Positions 16,900-26,061 of a stretch of DNA of 64,000 nt are shown here, one piece after another. A program made the translations under genes and the position numbers. The DNA lies in assembly GCA_015521735.1 (NCBI GenBank), contig WANQ01000041.1, forward strand, positions 17,347 through 81,346. Reading direction: 5' to 3'. The DNA comes from Pyrodictiaceae archaeon (GTDB taxonomy: Archaea > Thermoproteota > Thermoprotei_A > Sulfolobales > WANQ01). The notes under the pieces were generated by a model that saw only the letters and a program-made list of their open reading frames with translations, was not told the origin of the DNA and made no database searches. Positions within the stretch are counted from its first letter, which is position 1. Each line of letters opens with the position of its first letter.

Positions 16900-19146
16900 A
16901 TGGATTCAAGAACTCTACTTAAGGTTATTAAGAGGCTTAGGTCTCAGGGAATGGATGTTAGAGTTGAGGCTCGTAGAGGAATAGAGCATAGGCTACTATA
17001 TGAGCATGAAGGCTACTATACGCTTATTACGCGTACACGTAGAATGCTGTTACCCCTATGGCTTAAGAAGCAACTAGATCCACGTAGTCCAGGATACCAG
17101 GAGGGCTTAGATGTACCTGTTGTAATGAATAGAGTTTACCGTGAATGGGCTCTAATTGGTGCACGTAGCTATAAAGCTGAGGTTATAGCTTCACCAGATG
17201 CTGTATTCATGCGTAGTCCTTGGGGTCCTGGTATATGGTTTTACGCGTTAAGATCATCCAAGATCATACATCCTAGTGGTAGTGGTAAACTAGTTTATAG
17301 GTATGATGACTTGATTGCACCGGTATACGTTGTCGAATACAGTGAGGATAAGACTAAGCTAAAGATTACGAGTTGGCCTTCACATGAACTGGGTGGTGTA
17401 ATAGTAGATTTTAAGGCATCTAACATCGACTTAGCTGTTATAGCGATTAGGCCTTTAAACCCTCTTGGAGTATCAGTTGTAAATAAAGTAGAAGCAACTA
17501 GTACGAGTATAACAGCATACTATGAAGGTAGTGAGAAAATAACAATTCACGTTAGCAGGGTAGCTGATAATGTTGGAGCATACTCTATAGAAGAAAACGG
17601 TGACATAACAGAATATGTTGAGCCAAACGGTATGAATGAATCCTCGTCTGAGACAGGATGGGCTAGTGGAGGACTATACTTCTACCCGGAAAACGGTAGA
17701 ACAGTATCCCTAAGAGTATTCATACCATTGGAAAGAGATATAGCGCCAATAAGTGAATGGTATAAGGAGGATGTAAGCTCGGCTAAGGATCACTGGCTTA
17801 AGATACTTGGTAGAGGTTATGAATTCAAGGTATCTGACAACAATATCTATACAAGGTATTGGAGAAATATTGCAGTACTCCAAATACTATTTGATTCTGG
17901 TAGAATAACTCCTGGGCCAACAATATACCATAGATTCTGGATTAGAGATGCAGCTTACATGGCTAAAGCATTATTAGAAGCAGGGTATCACTTAGAAGCT
18001 AGGAGCATAGTGAATAAAATGATAGAGTGTATACGTGATGACGGATATGTTGGAGCAATAGATTGCAAGCCAGAACCATTTGAAGCAGATAGTCCTGGTC
18101 AACTACTATGGATTATGAAGGAGTATTTAGCGTTAACTAAAGATTCAACACTAGTATCTAAAGTATATAAGCGGTTACTTAGGGTTGCAGAGTATATAGT
18201 AAAAATGTTTGATGAGGGAGCTTCTACTGGATGGCTTCACCCGCCAAGTACTAGTGCTGAAGACCTTGGGCCAAGAAACCATTACTACTGGGATGTTTAC
18301 TGGAGTATTGCTGGCTTATGGTCTATAGCAGGAATAGCTGAGCAATTAGGAGATAAGAAGACAAGTGAAGAATACATAGGACTAGCATCTGAGTACGAAG
18401 AACTATTGTTTAGGGATTTATCTGAGAAAACTAATAGGTCAAAAACATTTCACCCAACATCTCCTAATAGACTATTCCTTGACTCAGGTATTGGTAGAAG
18501 TCTTGTAGCAATATGGCCTCTAAGAATACTACCAGAAGACACCACCCTGGCACGTGAACTAGTAGATAATGCCTGGAAGTTCGTATACAATGGAGGCTTC
18601 ATACACGACATAATATGGCGTGCATACGGGTCATACATAACAATGCACTTAGCTGAAGCAAGTATACTCGTAGGCTATAGAGATAAGGCAAGTATACTCC
18701 ACAAGTGGCTAGTTAAAGCTTCTCAACCACTAAATCACTGGTGTGAAGCACATAGCGTTAAAACCCTTAAAGGTACTGTAGGAGACTACCCTCATGGATG
18801 GGCTAGTGCAGACTACATTCTCCTTGCAAGACTAATGGTGCTACACGAGGACTACAATGGCTCAAAGCTAAGCTTATTCAAAGGTTTAGGAATAGAAGCA
18901 TTAAGAAACCTTGAAGTAGAAGCACGTACCAGTAAAGGTAAGGTTAAGGTTAAAGCACGCATTGAGGATAATAGACTTGTTACTGAAGCCTCTACTCCAA
19001 AGTATAGTGAACTATTAGTATATCCTCCAATAGGCTATAAGGTTAAGTCGGTTGAACCCAGAGACCAAGTAATTGATTTCAGTGAAGACGTAGTTGTAGT
19101 TAGTAGTGGTAGATTTAAGCTAAACTTAGTGTTAGAGAAAGAGTAG
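16900..19146 (+). CDS. (alpha/alpha)6-barrel glycoside hydrolase, GH15/glucoamylase-like
   Basis: HRFWIRDAAYMAKALLEAGY (WxRDaa motif of six-hairpin glycosidases), PGQLLW, YYWDVYW, HGWASADYILL. The N-terminal beta-rich region is typical of archaeal GH15-type enzymes. Confidence 0.55.
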   Translation: MDSRTLLKVIKRLRSQGMDVRVEARRGIEHRLLYEHEGYYTLITRTRRMLLPLWLKKQLDPRSPGYQEGLDVPVVMNRVYREWALIGARSYKAEVIASPDAVFMRSPWGPGIWFYALRSSKIIHPSGSGKLVYRYDDLIAPVYVVEYSEDKTKLKITSWPSHELGGVIVDFKASNIDLAVIAIRPLNPLGVSVVNKVEATSTSITAYYEGSEKITIHVSRVADNVGAYSIEENGDITEYVEPNGMNESSSETGWASGGLYFYPENGRTVSLRVFIPLERDIAPISEWYKEDVSSAKDHWLKILGRGYEFKVSDNNIYTRYWRNIAVLQILFDSGRITPGPTIYHRFWIRDAAYMAKALLEAGYHLEARSIVNKMIECIRDDGYVGAIDCKPEPFEADSPGQLLWIMKEYLALTKDSTLVSKVYKRLLRVAEYIVKMFDEGASTGWLHPPSTSAEDLGPRNHYYWDVYWSIAGLWSIAGIAEQLGDKKTSEEYIGLASEYEELLFRDLSEKTNRSKTFHPTSPNRLFLDSGIGRSLVAIWPLRILPEDTTLARELVDNAWKFVYNGGFIHDIIWRAYGSYITMHLAEASILVGYRDKASILHKWLVKASQPLNHWCEAHSVKTLKGTVGDYPHGWASADYILLARLMVLHEDYNGSKLSLFKGLGIEALRNLEVEARTSKGKVKVKARIEDNRLVTEASTPKYSELLVYPPIGYKVKSVEPRDQVIDFSEDVVVVSSGRFKLNLVLEKE

Positions 19147-19935
19147 TGGTATTGAAGCTAAAGCCATGATCAAGCCCACGGTTATAGCGAAGTAGTAGAA
19201 TGGTATTTTTCTAGCAAGAATATTCATAAACCATATCCCAAGCAACCCGAAGATAAATGCTGAGATAAGTCCTAGAAACATTGCAGGGATAAACACGTAG
19301 CCTGAAGTATACCCAACGTATAGTGTAGCAAGTGCTATTACTGGTATTGATGCGAGAAAGCTTATTCGAATAGACTCACTAGCCTTAAACCCTAAGAGTA
19401 AGAGTACTGCTATAGTTGAACCACTCCTAGAAATACCTGGAATAATGCTTAAGCCTTGAGCTAATCCAAGTAGAAAGTAGTCTCTTAAAACCATGTCCCT
19501 TAGACTCCTAAAACCCTGTTTAGAGCCAGTAATAGCTAGTGCTATACCCGTAACAACAAGTAATAACCCTATTACACCAGTAACAACATCAAGTGTAATA
19601 CCTTCTAAAAACATACTATACACTATATATAATGGATAGCCTAAAGCAATACTAATAGGAGTAGCGATAACCCATAAACGTAGAACACCGTTCTCCCAGA
19701 AGCCAGTTCTAGTGAAAAGAGCTCTAGGAATACCAGCAAGATCTCTACGGTAAAACACTATAGCCGACAATAATGTGCCTAAGTGAAGATATATTGATAG
19801 CCCATACGCCCTAACTACTTCAAGACCAAATAACCCTGATAGAAGTAGCATAACCTGACCACTACTGCTAATAGGAAACCATTCTAGTATGCCTTGAAGT
19901 ACTCCAGCCAATATGATATCATGTAGATCTACCAA
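19132..19935 (-). CDS. uppP: Undecaprenyl/polyprenyl-diphosphate phosphatase (BacA/UppP family)
   Basis: EWFPISSSGQ and PGISRSGSTI signature motifs, about 8 TM segments, 267 aa. Confidence 0.85.
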   Translation of the reverse strand: MVDLHDIILAGVLQGILEWFPISSSGQVMLLLSGLFGLEVVRAYGLSIYLHLGTLLSAIVFYRRDLAGIPRALFTRTGFWENGVLRLWVIATPISIALGYPLYIVYSMFLEGITLDVVTGVIGLLLVVTGIALAITGSKQGFRSLRDMVLRDYFLLGLAQGLSIIPGISRSGSTIAVLLLLGFKASESIRISFLASIPVIALATLYVGYTSGYVFIPAMFLGLISAFIFGLLGIWFMNILARKIPFYYFAITVGLIMALASIPLLFL

Positions 19936-20067
19936 TACATTACTCCCTTAACTATTAATACTCTATTCCAGCCACGTAGTTATAGTGTTAGGCTAAAATA
20001 ATCTTACCTAACCTGATAATAGGATATGAGAACTTGTTATATAATGTAGAGGGGACTTAATCTTAGC

Positions 20068-20475
20068 TTATGGAAGAACTCTTACCCCACGTTTAACAGC
20101 TCTTCTCCTTAAGGCTTTATCAAATGTAGCTAAAGTTAACCCATAGTTCATAGCAGTAGCAAGTATTATGTAGTCATTTATTTCCTTAGAACCCGCCTTA
20201 TCTTCTACGAGCATTTTGAATGCACGTCTAAGTATGGTTATGGTTTCAGCTAGGTAAGTAGTCCTCGGGTCCCCTAAGTATTCTTCAACTTTAGATAACG
20301 TGAATAATGGGTCTAGGTTTAGGTAGCGTAGCATTATCCATATGTACTCATGTATTACTATTGATGGTATATAGAGTTCTAGTGCATCATCTATAATCCT
20401 AGAGGCTTCGCTATGGTATTCAGAGTCTTCTACAGTATCATAGACTAGTACATTCGTGTCAACGAGTAGCTTCAT
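20068..20475 (-). CDS. vapC: PIN-domain toxin VapC
   Basis: MKLLVDTNVLVY (first acidic residue), 135 aa, overlaps the upstream AbrB-type gene by 17 nt. Confidence 0.85.
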   Translation of the reverse strand: MKLLVDTNVLVYDTVEDSEYHSEASRIIDDALELYIPSIVIHEYIWIMLRYLNLDPLFTLSKVEEYLGDPRTTYLAETITILRRAFKMLVEDKAGSKEINDYIILATAMNYGLTLATFDKALRRRAVKRGVRVLP

Positions 20476-20701
20476 CTAGGTACTCCTCTACAGCTTCCTC
20501 TAACTCCTCAACACTTATTCTCCTACCAAGCCTTATCGTAGTACGTTTTCTCCGTAAAGGTATTATCTTGATAACGTTCTCACTACTATCATATACTACT
20601 CTAACCCTATCACCTTCACGTAATCCTATAAGTCTACGTATACTTGATGGAATGGTTACCTGGTAGTTTCTTGTAACTTTCACAATTTCCTCAATACTCA
20701 T
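20459..20701 (-). CDS. vapB: AbrB/SpoVT-type antitoxin VapB
   Basis: YQVTIPSSIRRLIGLREGDRVRVVYD swapped-hairpin motif, 80 aa, immediately upstream of the PIN gene. Confidence 0.8.
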   Translation of the reverse strand: MSIEEIVKVTRNYQVTIPSSIRRLIGLREGDRVRVVYDSSENVIKIIPLRRKRTTIRLGRRISVEELEEAVEEYLDEATR

Positions 20702-20832
20702 TTAAACCATCTAGGAGACATAATGTATTACTAGTATATAAGCATTTCTAGTAGCCATTAATTATTGGTACAATGAGATGTTAGCGTTACTAATAAAAAT
20801 AGCTTGTAGCTCAACTAGTGGGATGGGTATAA

Positions 20833-22134
20833 TTGGTGTCTACCAGGAATACTATTTATGAAGAATCAGTTAGGCTTCACAGAATATATAAGGGTAAAAT
20901 AGAAGTAGTACCTAAGATCCCGTTGAAGAGTATGAGGGATTTCTCAATATGGTATACACCTGGTGTTGCTGGCCCTGCTAAGAAGATAGCCGAGAGCGTT
21001 GATGAGGTCTTTGAGCTTACATCTAGGTGGAATATGGTTGCTGTTATTAGTGATGGTACACGTGTACTAGGGCTCGGAGACATAGGTCCTGAAGCAGCAT
21101 ATCCTGTTATGGAGGGTAAAGCACTATTATTTAAATACCTTGGAGGAGTTGACGCTGTCCCCATAGTTATTGCTACAAGAAATGCTGATGAGCTTATAAG
21201 GACTATTAAGCTTATTGAACCAAGTTTTGGAGGAGTAAACCTTGAGGATATTGAAAGCCCTAAGTGCTTCTACATACTAAATAAGCTTAGAGAGATAATG
21301 GATATACCAGTATGGCATGATGATCAACAAGGTACAGCACTAGTAGTATTAGCGGCCCTGATAAACGCGTTTAAAATAGTTGGCAAAGACTTAAGGAAGG
21401 CAAGGATAGTATTAGTGGGTCTAGGTGCAGCTAACTACTCAGTACTAAGGTATCTTGAAGCATATGGTGTAGACCTGGGCAACATAATAGTTGTTGAGAA
21501 ACCAGGCATAGGAATACTTCACAGAAGCCATCCAATGCTAGAATCATTTAAGAATACACACCCACACTGGTATGAGGCTTCTCTTAAAACCAATAGAGAC
21601 GAGGTTACTGGTGGAATAAGAGAGGCGTTGAAGGGGGCAGATGCAGTTATAGCTGCCTCGAGACCAGGACCAGGCATAATCAAGTCTGAATGGATTAAGG
21701 AAATGAACAATGACCCCATAGTCTTTGCACTAGCTAATCCCGTACCAGAAATACTTCCAGAGGAAGCATTAAGGGCTGGTGCGAGAATAGTAGCTACTGG
21801 TCGAAGTGATTACCCTAACCAAGTAAACAATAGCCTAGGCTTCCCAGCTGTTTTCCGTGGAGCATTACAGGTTAGAGCTAGGAAGATAACAGATGAAATG
21901 TGTATAGCAGGAGCTGAAGCACTTGCAAAGTATACTGAGGAAACAGGGTTAAGTGAGAACAGAATACTACCTTCAATGATGGAGGAAGAAGCCTATATAC
22001 GTGAAGCAGTAGCAGTAGCAAGGAAAGCCTTAGAGCAAGGAGTAGCTAGGAGGAAGGAGTCAATTAAAGTAGTTGAAGAAGAGATAAGAGAGATAATACG
22101 TAGAGCACGTAGGCTAGGAAAACCAGTTCATTAA
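20833..22134 (+). CDS. NAD(P)-dependent malic enzyme (short prokaryotic type)
   Basis: YTPGVA, VAVISDGTRVLGLGDIGP, FGGVNLEDI, HDDQQGTA, VGLGAAN, FALANPVPEI. Confidence 0.9.
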   Translation: MVSTRNTIYEESVRLHRIYKGKIEVVPKIPLKSMRDFSIWYTPGVAGPAKKIAESVDEVFELTSRWNMVAVISDGTRVLGLGDIGPEAAYPVMEGKALLFKYLGGVDAVPIVIATRNADELIRTIKLIEPSFGGVNLEDIESPKCFYILNKLREIMDIPVWHDDQQGTALVVLAALINAFKIVGKDLRKARIVLVGLGAANYSVLRYLEAYGVDLGNIIVVEKPGIGILHRSHPMLESFKNTHPHWYEASLKTNRDEVTGGIREALKGADAVIAASRPGPGIIKSEWIKEMNNDPIVFALANPVPEILPEEALRAGARIVATGRSDYPNQVNNSLGFPAVFRGALQVRARKITDEMCIAGAEALAKYTEETGLSENRILPSMMEEEAYIREAVAVARKALEQGVARRKESIKVVEEEIREIIRRARRLGKPVH

Positions 22135-22181
22135 GGTTATTAGGGTTTAGATACATTGTACTAGCTATTAGGAGAAACACT

Positions 22182-22943
22182 ATGCCAGCAATGATAGTAG
22201 TAGTAATGGGTCCTGCTGGCTCAGGTAAAACAACGCTTACAGCAAGCCTAGGTAAATGGATTGAGGAGAACCAAGGATATAGTGTAGGCTACATAAACCT
22301 TGATCCTGGTGCAGAAACCCTACCCTACAAACCCGACTTCGACGTAAGAGACTGGTTTACAGTAGAAGACATAATGGTTAAGGAAGGTTTAGGACCTAAT
22401 GGAGCAATGATACGTGCTTCAGAACTACTAGCTGAACGTAGAAGTGAGTTAAGGAGAATTGTGAGAAACATAAGAAAGGAAGTAGTAATAGTAGATACTC
22501 CTGGTCAAAGCGAAATATTCATATTCAGGCCAGCTGGACCAGCAATAACTAGTACTCTCCGATGGATAGCACCAACTATAGGAGTATACCTAGTAGACCC
22601 AACAATAACCCCCATCATAAGCGAAGCAACTACTAGCCTCTTAATGGGGCTAATAATACAGCTTAGACTAGACATACCAGTAGTACCAGCAGTAACTAAG
22701 GCTGATATAGTTAGAGTAGAGTTTGGCGAAACACTAGCAATAGGCTTAGAAAAAGTAAGAGACCTAGCATTAAAGGAGCTTGGAGGAGCCCTAAAAGAAA
22801 TCATACCAAGGCTAATAGACTTAATGATAGAGTATCTGCCATCAGTTAGACTTGTCACTATTTCAGCTAAAACAGGTGAAGGCTTAGAAGAACTATACCA
22901 GCTAATATATGAGACATACTGCTCATGTGGAGACCTAACATAA
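22182..22943 (+). CDS. GPN-loop GTPase
   Basis: P-loop VVMGPAGSGKTT, the eponymous GLGPNGAM motif, DTPGQSE (G3), TKADI (G4). Confidence 0.85.
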   Translation: MPAMIVVVMGPAGSGKTTLTASLGKWIEENQGYSVGYINLDPGAETLPYKPDFDVRDWFTVEDIMVKEGLGPNGAMIRASELLAERRSELRRIVRNIRKEVVIVDTPGQSEIFIFRPAGPAITSTLRWIAPTIGVYLVDPTITPIISEATTSLLMGLIIQLRLDIPVVPAVTKADIVRVEFGETLAIGLEKVRDLALKELGGALKEIIPRLIDLMIEYLPSVRLVTISAKTGEGLEELYQLIYETYCSCGDLT

Positions 22944-22981
22944 ACTTAAAACTAGCGCTAAGAAAAACTAATTGGTGGAGA

Positions 22982-23034
22982 GCCCCACAACACCGGGTTC
23001 AATTCCCGGGGGAATCTAACTGGATGAGTGGGGC
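22982..23034 (+). repeat. GC-rich element, family copy D, containing a tRNA T-arm look-alike (not a complete tRNA gene)
   Basis: CCGGG-TTCAATT-CCCGG at 22993-23009 is enclosed by GCCCCAC 22982-22988 / GTGGGGC 23028-23034, with GGATGAG at 23022-23028. No acceptor, D or anticodon arms are found in the flanks. Aligns with the reverse complement of 47843-47915. Confidence 0.45.
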
Positions 23035-23828
23035 TGGGACGTATTCACCGCTCTCATCTTCTTAGACGTAATCCTAATTGTCTCCCAGTAGTCAAGCAAT
23101 ATCACGTACTTTCTACTCAAATCAACTAGTACTCTATCTACATCACCGTAAACTACTACTCCTTCATCAATAATTGTCTTCAGTAATCCCGGTGTAGCCT
23201 CATCTACGTCCACCAAGTCTATCTTATCTTCATCTATGCCAATACTGCTAGCTAGCTCAACAACAAGTCTACCAAGCTCAAGAGCACTACTAGGCTTCTC
23301 TGCAAACTTTACTGCTAAGTCAACATCTCTACCACAACCATTACGTGCAAGTGAGCCAAACACTATAGCATACTCAACATTAAACTTCCTCAGCACAGCT
23401 CTCAACCTATCTATTATATCGCTTAGGCAAGGATCCCTACCTACATGTTCATCAAGTAATTCCAGTACATGTGGTAGCTTATCCATTATTTCCTTGAAGG
23501 CTTTAACCTCTAATTCTCTATCAATTCTAGCATAGCCGTGAACTAGTAGGTTCCTAAAACCTGCAAGGCCTTCAAGGAAAACCTTATAGTCATTACCTAG
23601 TCCTAGCCTACTAGCAAGATACCCCATTAATTCGCGGTAACTTGAAGGCTTGCTTCCTCTCTCACGAGAAGCCATCATGGCAGCTAGGTCTATGAGTGAC
23701 TGTGCAACTAGTTCACATAAGCGTTCAACAGCATATATGCTTTCCCTACCACTAGTAAAGTCTTTGTATATCCTAGTGAACTCGTTGAAAAACCACTTAG
23801 TACGCTCTAGTTGTTCTCTCAACATCAA
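23016..23828 (-). CDS. Single-chain HEPN (DUF86) - MNT nucleotidyltransferase fusion protein
   Basis: N-terminal half has the HEPN Rx4H motif (FRNLLVHGY). The C-terminal half has the minimal nucleotidyltransferase motif FGSLARNGCGRDVDLAV (GS...DxD). The last 8 codons lie in GC-rich element D. Confidence 0.8.
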   Translation of the reverse strand: MMLREQLERTKWFFNEFTRIYKDFTSGRESIYAVERLCELVAQSLIDLAAMMASRERGSKPSSYRELMGYLASRLGLGNDYKVFLEGLAGFRNLLVHGYARIDRELEVKAFKEIMDKLPHVLELLDEHVGRDPCLSDIIDRLRAVLRKFNVEYAIVFGSLARNGCGRDVDLAVKFAEKPSSALELGRLVVELASSIGIDEDKIDLVDVDEATPGLLKTIIDEGVVVYGDVDRVLVDLSRKYVILLDYWETIRITSKKMRAVNTSQPHSSS

Positions 23829-23886
23829 GGTAGGTCAACCTAGTTCTGGTCAACAATTCTTCTCGTAGCTATGGGCTAAAAGATTA

Positions 23887-24549
23887 TCATTCCTTCTTAG
23901 TTTTTCTCGTCTCAATTAGTGATTCAAGGATTTCGTGGAAGAAGAACCATGCAGCAAATACTCCTATAGCTAAGCCTATACCAATACTTATACCCCATGC
24001 AAGAGCTGTTTTTACTTCATGTGATAATGCTGTTATGTCTAGTATTGGTACTAGGGAGAGGAATAGTATTAGCAGTAGTATAAAGCCCCTCATCTTTGCC
24101 TCCATGCGTATTCTTTCAACAACTGCTTCAAGAGCTATGAATACGAAGAGTACTAGAAATACAACACTTGCTACACGTGCAGCATATGATACTATGAGTG
24201 TTGTTGTATGGACTTGCTCTGGAAATAGTGTTAGAACTATAGAGTATAGTGCAAGAATACCTAAGCCTATGTCTACTAGTACTACTACTAGATTCGTTAA
24301 GCTAAAAGGTACTTGCCTAATTAAGGGTTTTACTAGCTCATCTACTTTGAAGAGCTTGAAAACCCTTCTTATAATACGGTTTAATAGGATAGCTATGCCC
24401 ATGTATATTGCTATAATAGCTAGTGCTAAGAGTATACTTGGAATAATTGATACTAGGTCTCGTAGAGCCATCTTAAACGCATTCCATAAGATACCTATAC
24501 TTGTCTCATTTACTACTCTAGTCATATTAGATGCGTTTACCGTAGTCAA
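23887..24549 (-). CDS. Membrane protein (220 aa), MscS-N-terminal-like TM helix repeats
   Basis: Four or more TM helices. The segment ...IAILLNRIIRRVFKLFKVDELV... resembles the conserved TM-helix module found at the N-termini of MscS-type channels (by eye). Confidence 0.35.
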   Translation of the reverse strand: MTTVNASNMTRVVNETSIGILWNAFKMALRDLVSIIPSILLALAIIAIYMGIAILLNRIIRRVFKLFKVDELVKPLIRQVPFSLTNLVVVLVDIGLGILALYSIVLTLFPEQVHTTTLIVSYAARVASVVFLVLFVFIALEAVVERIRMEAKMRGFILLLILFLSLVPILDITALSHEVKTALAWGISIGIGLAIGVFAAWFFFHEILESLIETRKTKKE

Positions 24550-24551
24550 TG

Positions 24552-25961
24552 CTAACTACCTGGTATACCACCTGTGAGTACTACGACATAGTATAGTGTA
24601 CGGTATATAATGTACAAGATGATTATACCTACTACTAGTCCGGTAAACCTTAGCACGGTCTTAGCTGTTTCACTAACAGTAAACATTATGAAGTTATAGC
24701 TAGTGATACTAGATGTGTATAGCATACGTGCATATAGTCTAGTGTAGTTTGGTGGAACAATTGCTAGTTCTGGTAGAGTTACAAGTGCTATTACTAGACC
24801 TGTTAAACTAAATATGCTTGAAGCCAAGAATACTAGTACTGGTGAGTAGGCAAGTACATAGCCTACAATACCTCCTAGAGTAAGAGCTAACGCGTTAGCT
24901 GATGATAATAGAATGCTAGCACGTGTAACACCTAGTTGTTTTACGAGGTTAGCAAACCCTATACTTGCATAAAAGTTTGCTCCAATCATTGAGAAGCTAT
25001 ACATAACAGCTATGCCTAAATGCATGTATGGTATTGGCGTCATGTATACTAGTATTGGTATAGAACTTAACACTAAGATAGCATAGCGGTAGCTACGAGC
25101 ACTACGATGTGCCCAGAAGAGGCTAGCAAATATATTTGATATGGTTTGAACAAAACCTATAGATGCTGCAAGATAGTCAGGTGCGCCTAAGTCGTGCATA
25201 AGTCTTGGAATCCATGATATACCTAGTAGATTAGTGGATGCGAGGAGCAGTACTAGTAGTAGGAATATATTGCTAGCCTGTATCTCAGCTTCCTCTGGAC
25301 CCTTCCTCTTAGCTTCAAGTAGTACTCTATGTATTGGTGCTAACGCTACTAGTAGAGGTGATATAAGTCCTACAGAAAATGCTATAGTGTATAAGACCAT
25401 GTATTTACCTAAACCAGTACCTACAGCTAGTGTTGAGACAACAACTATTTGGGCTAGTATACTTGCAATAGCTCCAGCCATGGTGCGGTACGCTATTAGC
25501 CTCCTATACCCTTTCTCGTCAAAGCATGTGAAGAGAACAGTATACATGAAGACATTTGAAGGTATAGTTGAGGCAATAGCTAAGCCATACACAGTTACAG
25601 TTAACTCTAATCTACCCATACTCCATGGTATAATGAACCAGAAAATCCTTTCAACAAGTAATGCTAGTATTAACCTAGACTTAACACGTCTTGGCTTACC
25701 ATAATGGTATAGTGCTAAAGCTATGCCAAGAGATAGAAGACCAGCGTAAGAGTTCAATAATAGGAGATCACGTAGTGAGAAACCTGAAGCAACTAGGAAT
25801 ATAGGAGTAATACTACGTGAAACAGTAACGTAGAAACCACCGAATACGGCTTCTAAGACTAGTAGTAGAGAGATAACTCTACCATTACCTTCACCAAGCC
25901 TTCCAAGTATTCCATGCATGCTATTAGTTAACCCACCAATACCCTTCATAGCCTTATACAC
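24552..25961 (-). CDS. Polytopic transporter-like membrane protein (MFS-like)
   Basis: 469 aa, about 12 hydrophobic segments, GKPRRVKSR loop after the second TM pair. 2 nt upstream of ORF 23887-24549. Confidence 0.45.
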   Translation of the reverse strand: MYKAMKGIGGLTNSMHGILGRLGEGNGRVISLLLVLEAVFGGFYVTVSRSITPIFLVASGFSLRDLLLLNSYAGLLSLGIALALYHYGKPRRVKSRLILALLVERIFWFIIPWSMGRLELTVTVYGLAIASTIPSNVFMYTVLFTCFDEKGYRRLIAYRTMAGAIASILAQIVVVSTLAVGTGLGKYMVLYTIAFSVGLISPLLVALAPIHRVLLEAKRKGPEEAEIQASNIFLLLVLLLASTNLLGISWIPRLMHDLGAPDYLAASIGFVQTISNIFASLFWAHRSARSYRYAILVLSSIPILVYMTPIPYMHLGIAVMYSFSMIGANFYASIGFANLVKQLGVTRASILLSSANALALTLGGIVGYVLAYSPVLVFLASSIFSLTGLVIALVTLPELAIVPPNYTRLYARMLYTSSITSYNFIMFTVSETAKTVLRFTGLVVGIIILYIIYRTLYYVVVLTGGIPGS

Positions 25962-26061
25962 TCAAACTACTCCTTCTCTCCAATACATTCTTAGCAACCC
26001 CCAGGTACTAGTAGGGTTTAAGAATCTTACCCCCATACACTATTCTTGTAGGTAGAAGCAA

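Noticed and set aside
22944-23040. Complete tRNA gene at the T-arm-like hairpin
   Set aside because: Only the T-stem/loop is present. The would-be 3' acceptor strand GGGAATC has no 5' partner within 100 nt, it is unusually AT-rich for a hyperthermophile tRNA, and no D or anticodon arm can be drawn. A simple permuted arrangement also fails, because only 12 nt separate the putative 3' end from the next G-rich stem. The locus is kept as a tRNA-like element, not annotated as a tRNA.
22944-23040. Replication-origin ORB elements in the GC-rich islands (also 6257-6320 and 47843-47915)
   Set aside because: There is no TCCA-N-TGGA dyad with a downstream G-string of the ORB type, no AT-rich unwinding region flanked by inverted ORBs, and no orc1/cdc6 gene nearby.
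24035-25704. Plus-strand ORFs 24035-24577 and 25234-25704 opposite the two membrane-protein genes
   Set aside because: Antisense to long hydrophobic ORFs, with Ser/Thr-rich composition and no start context.
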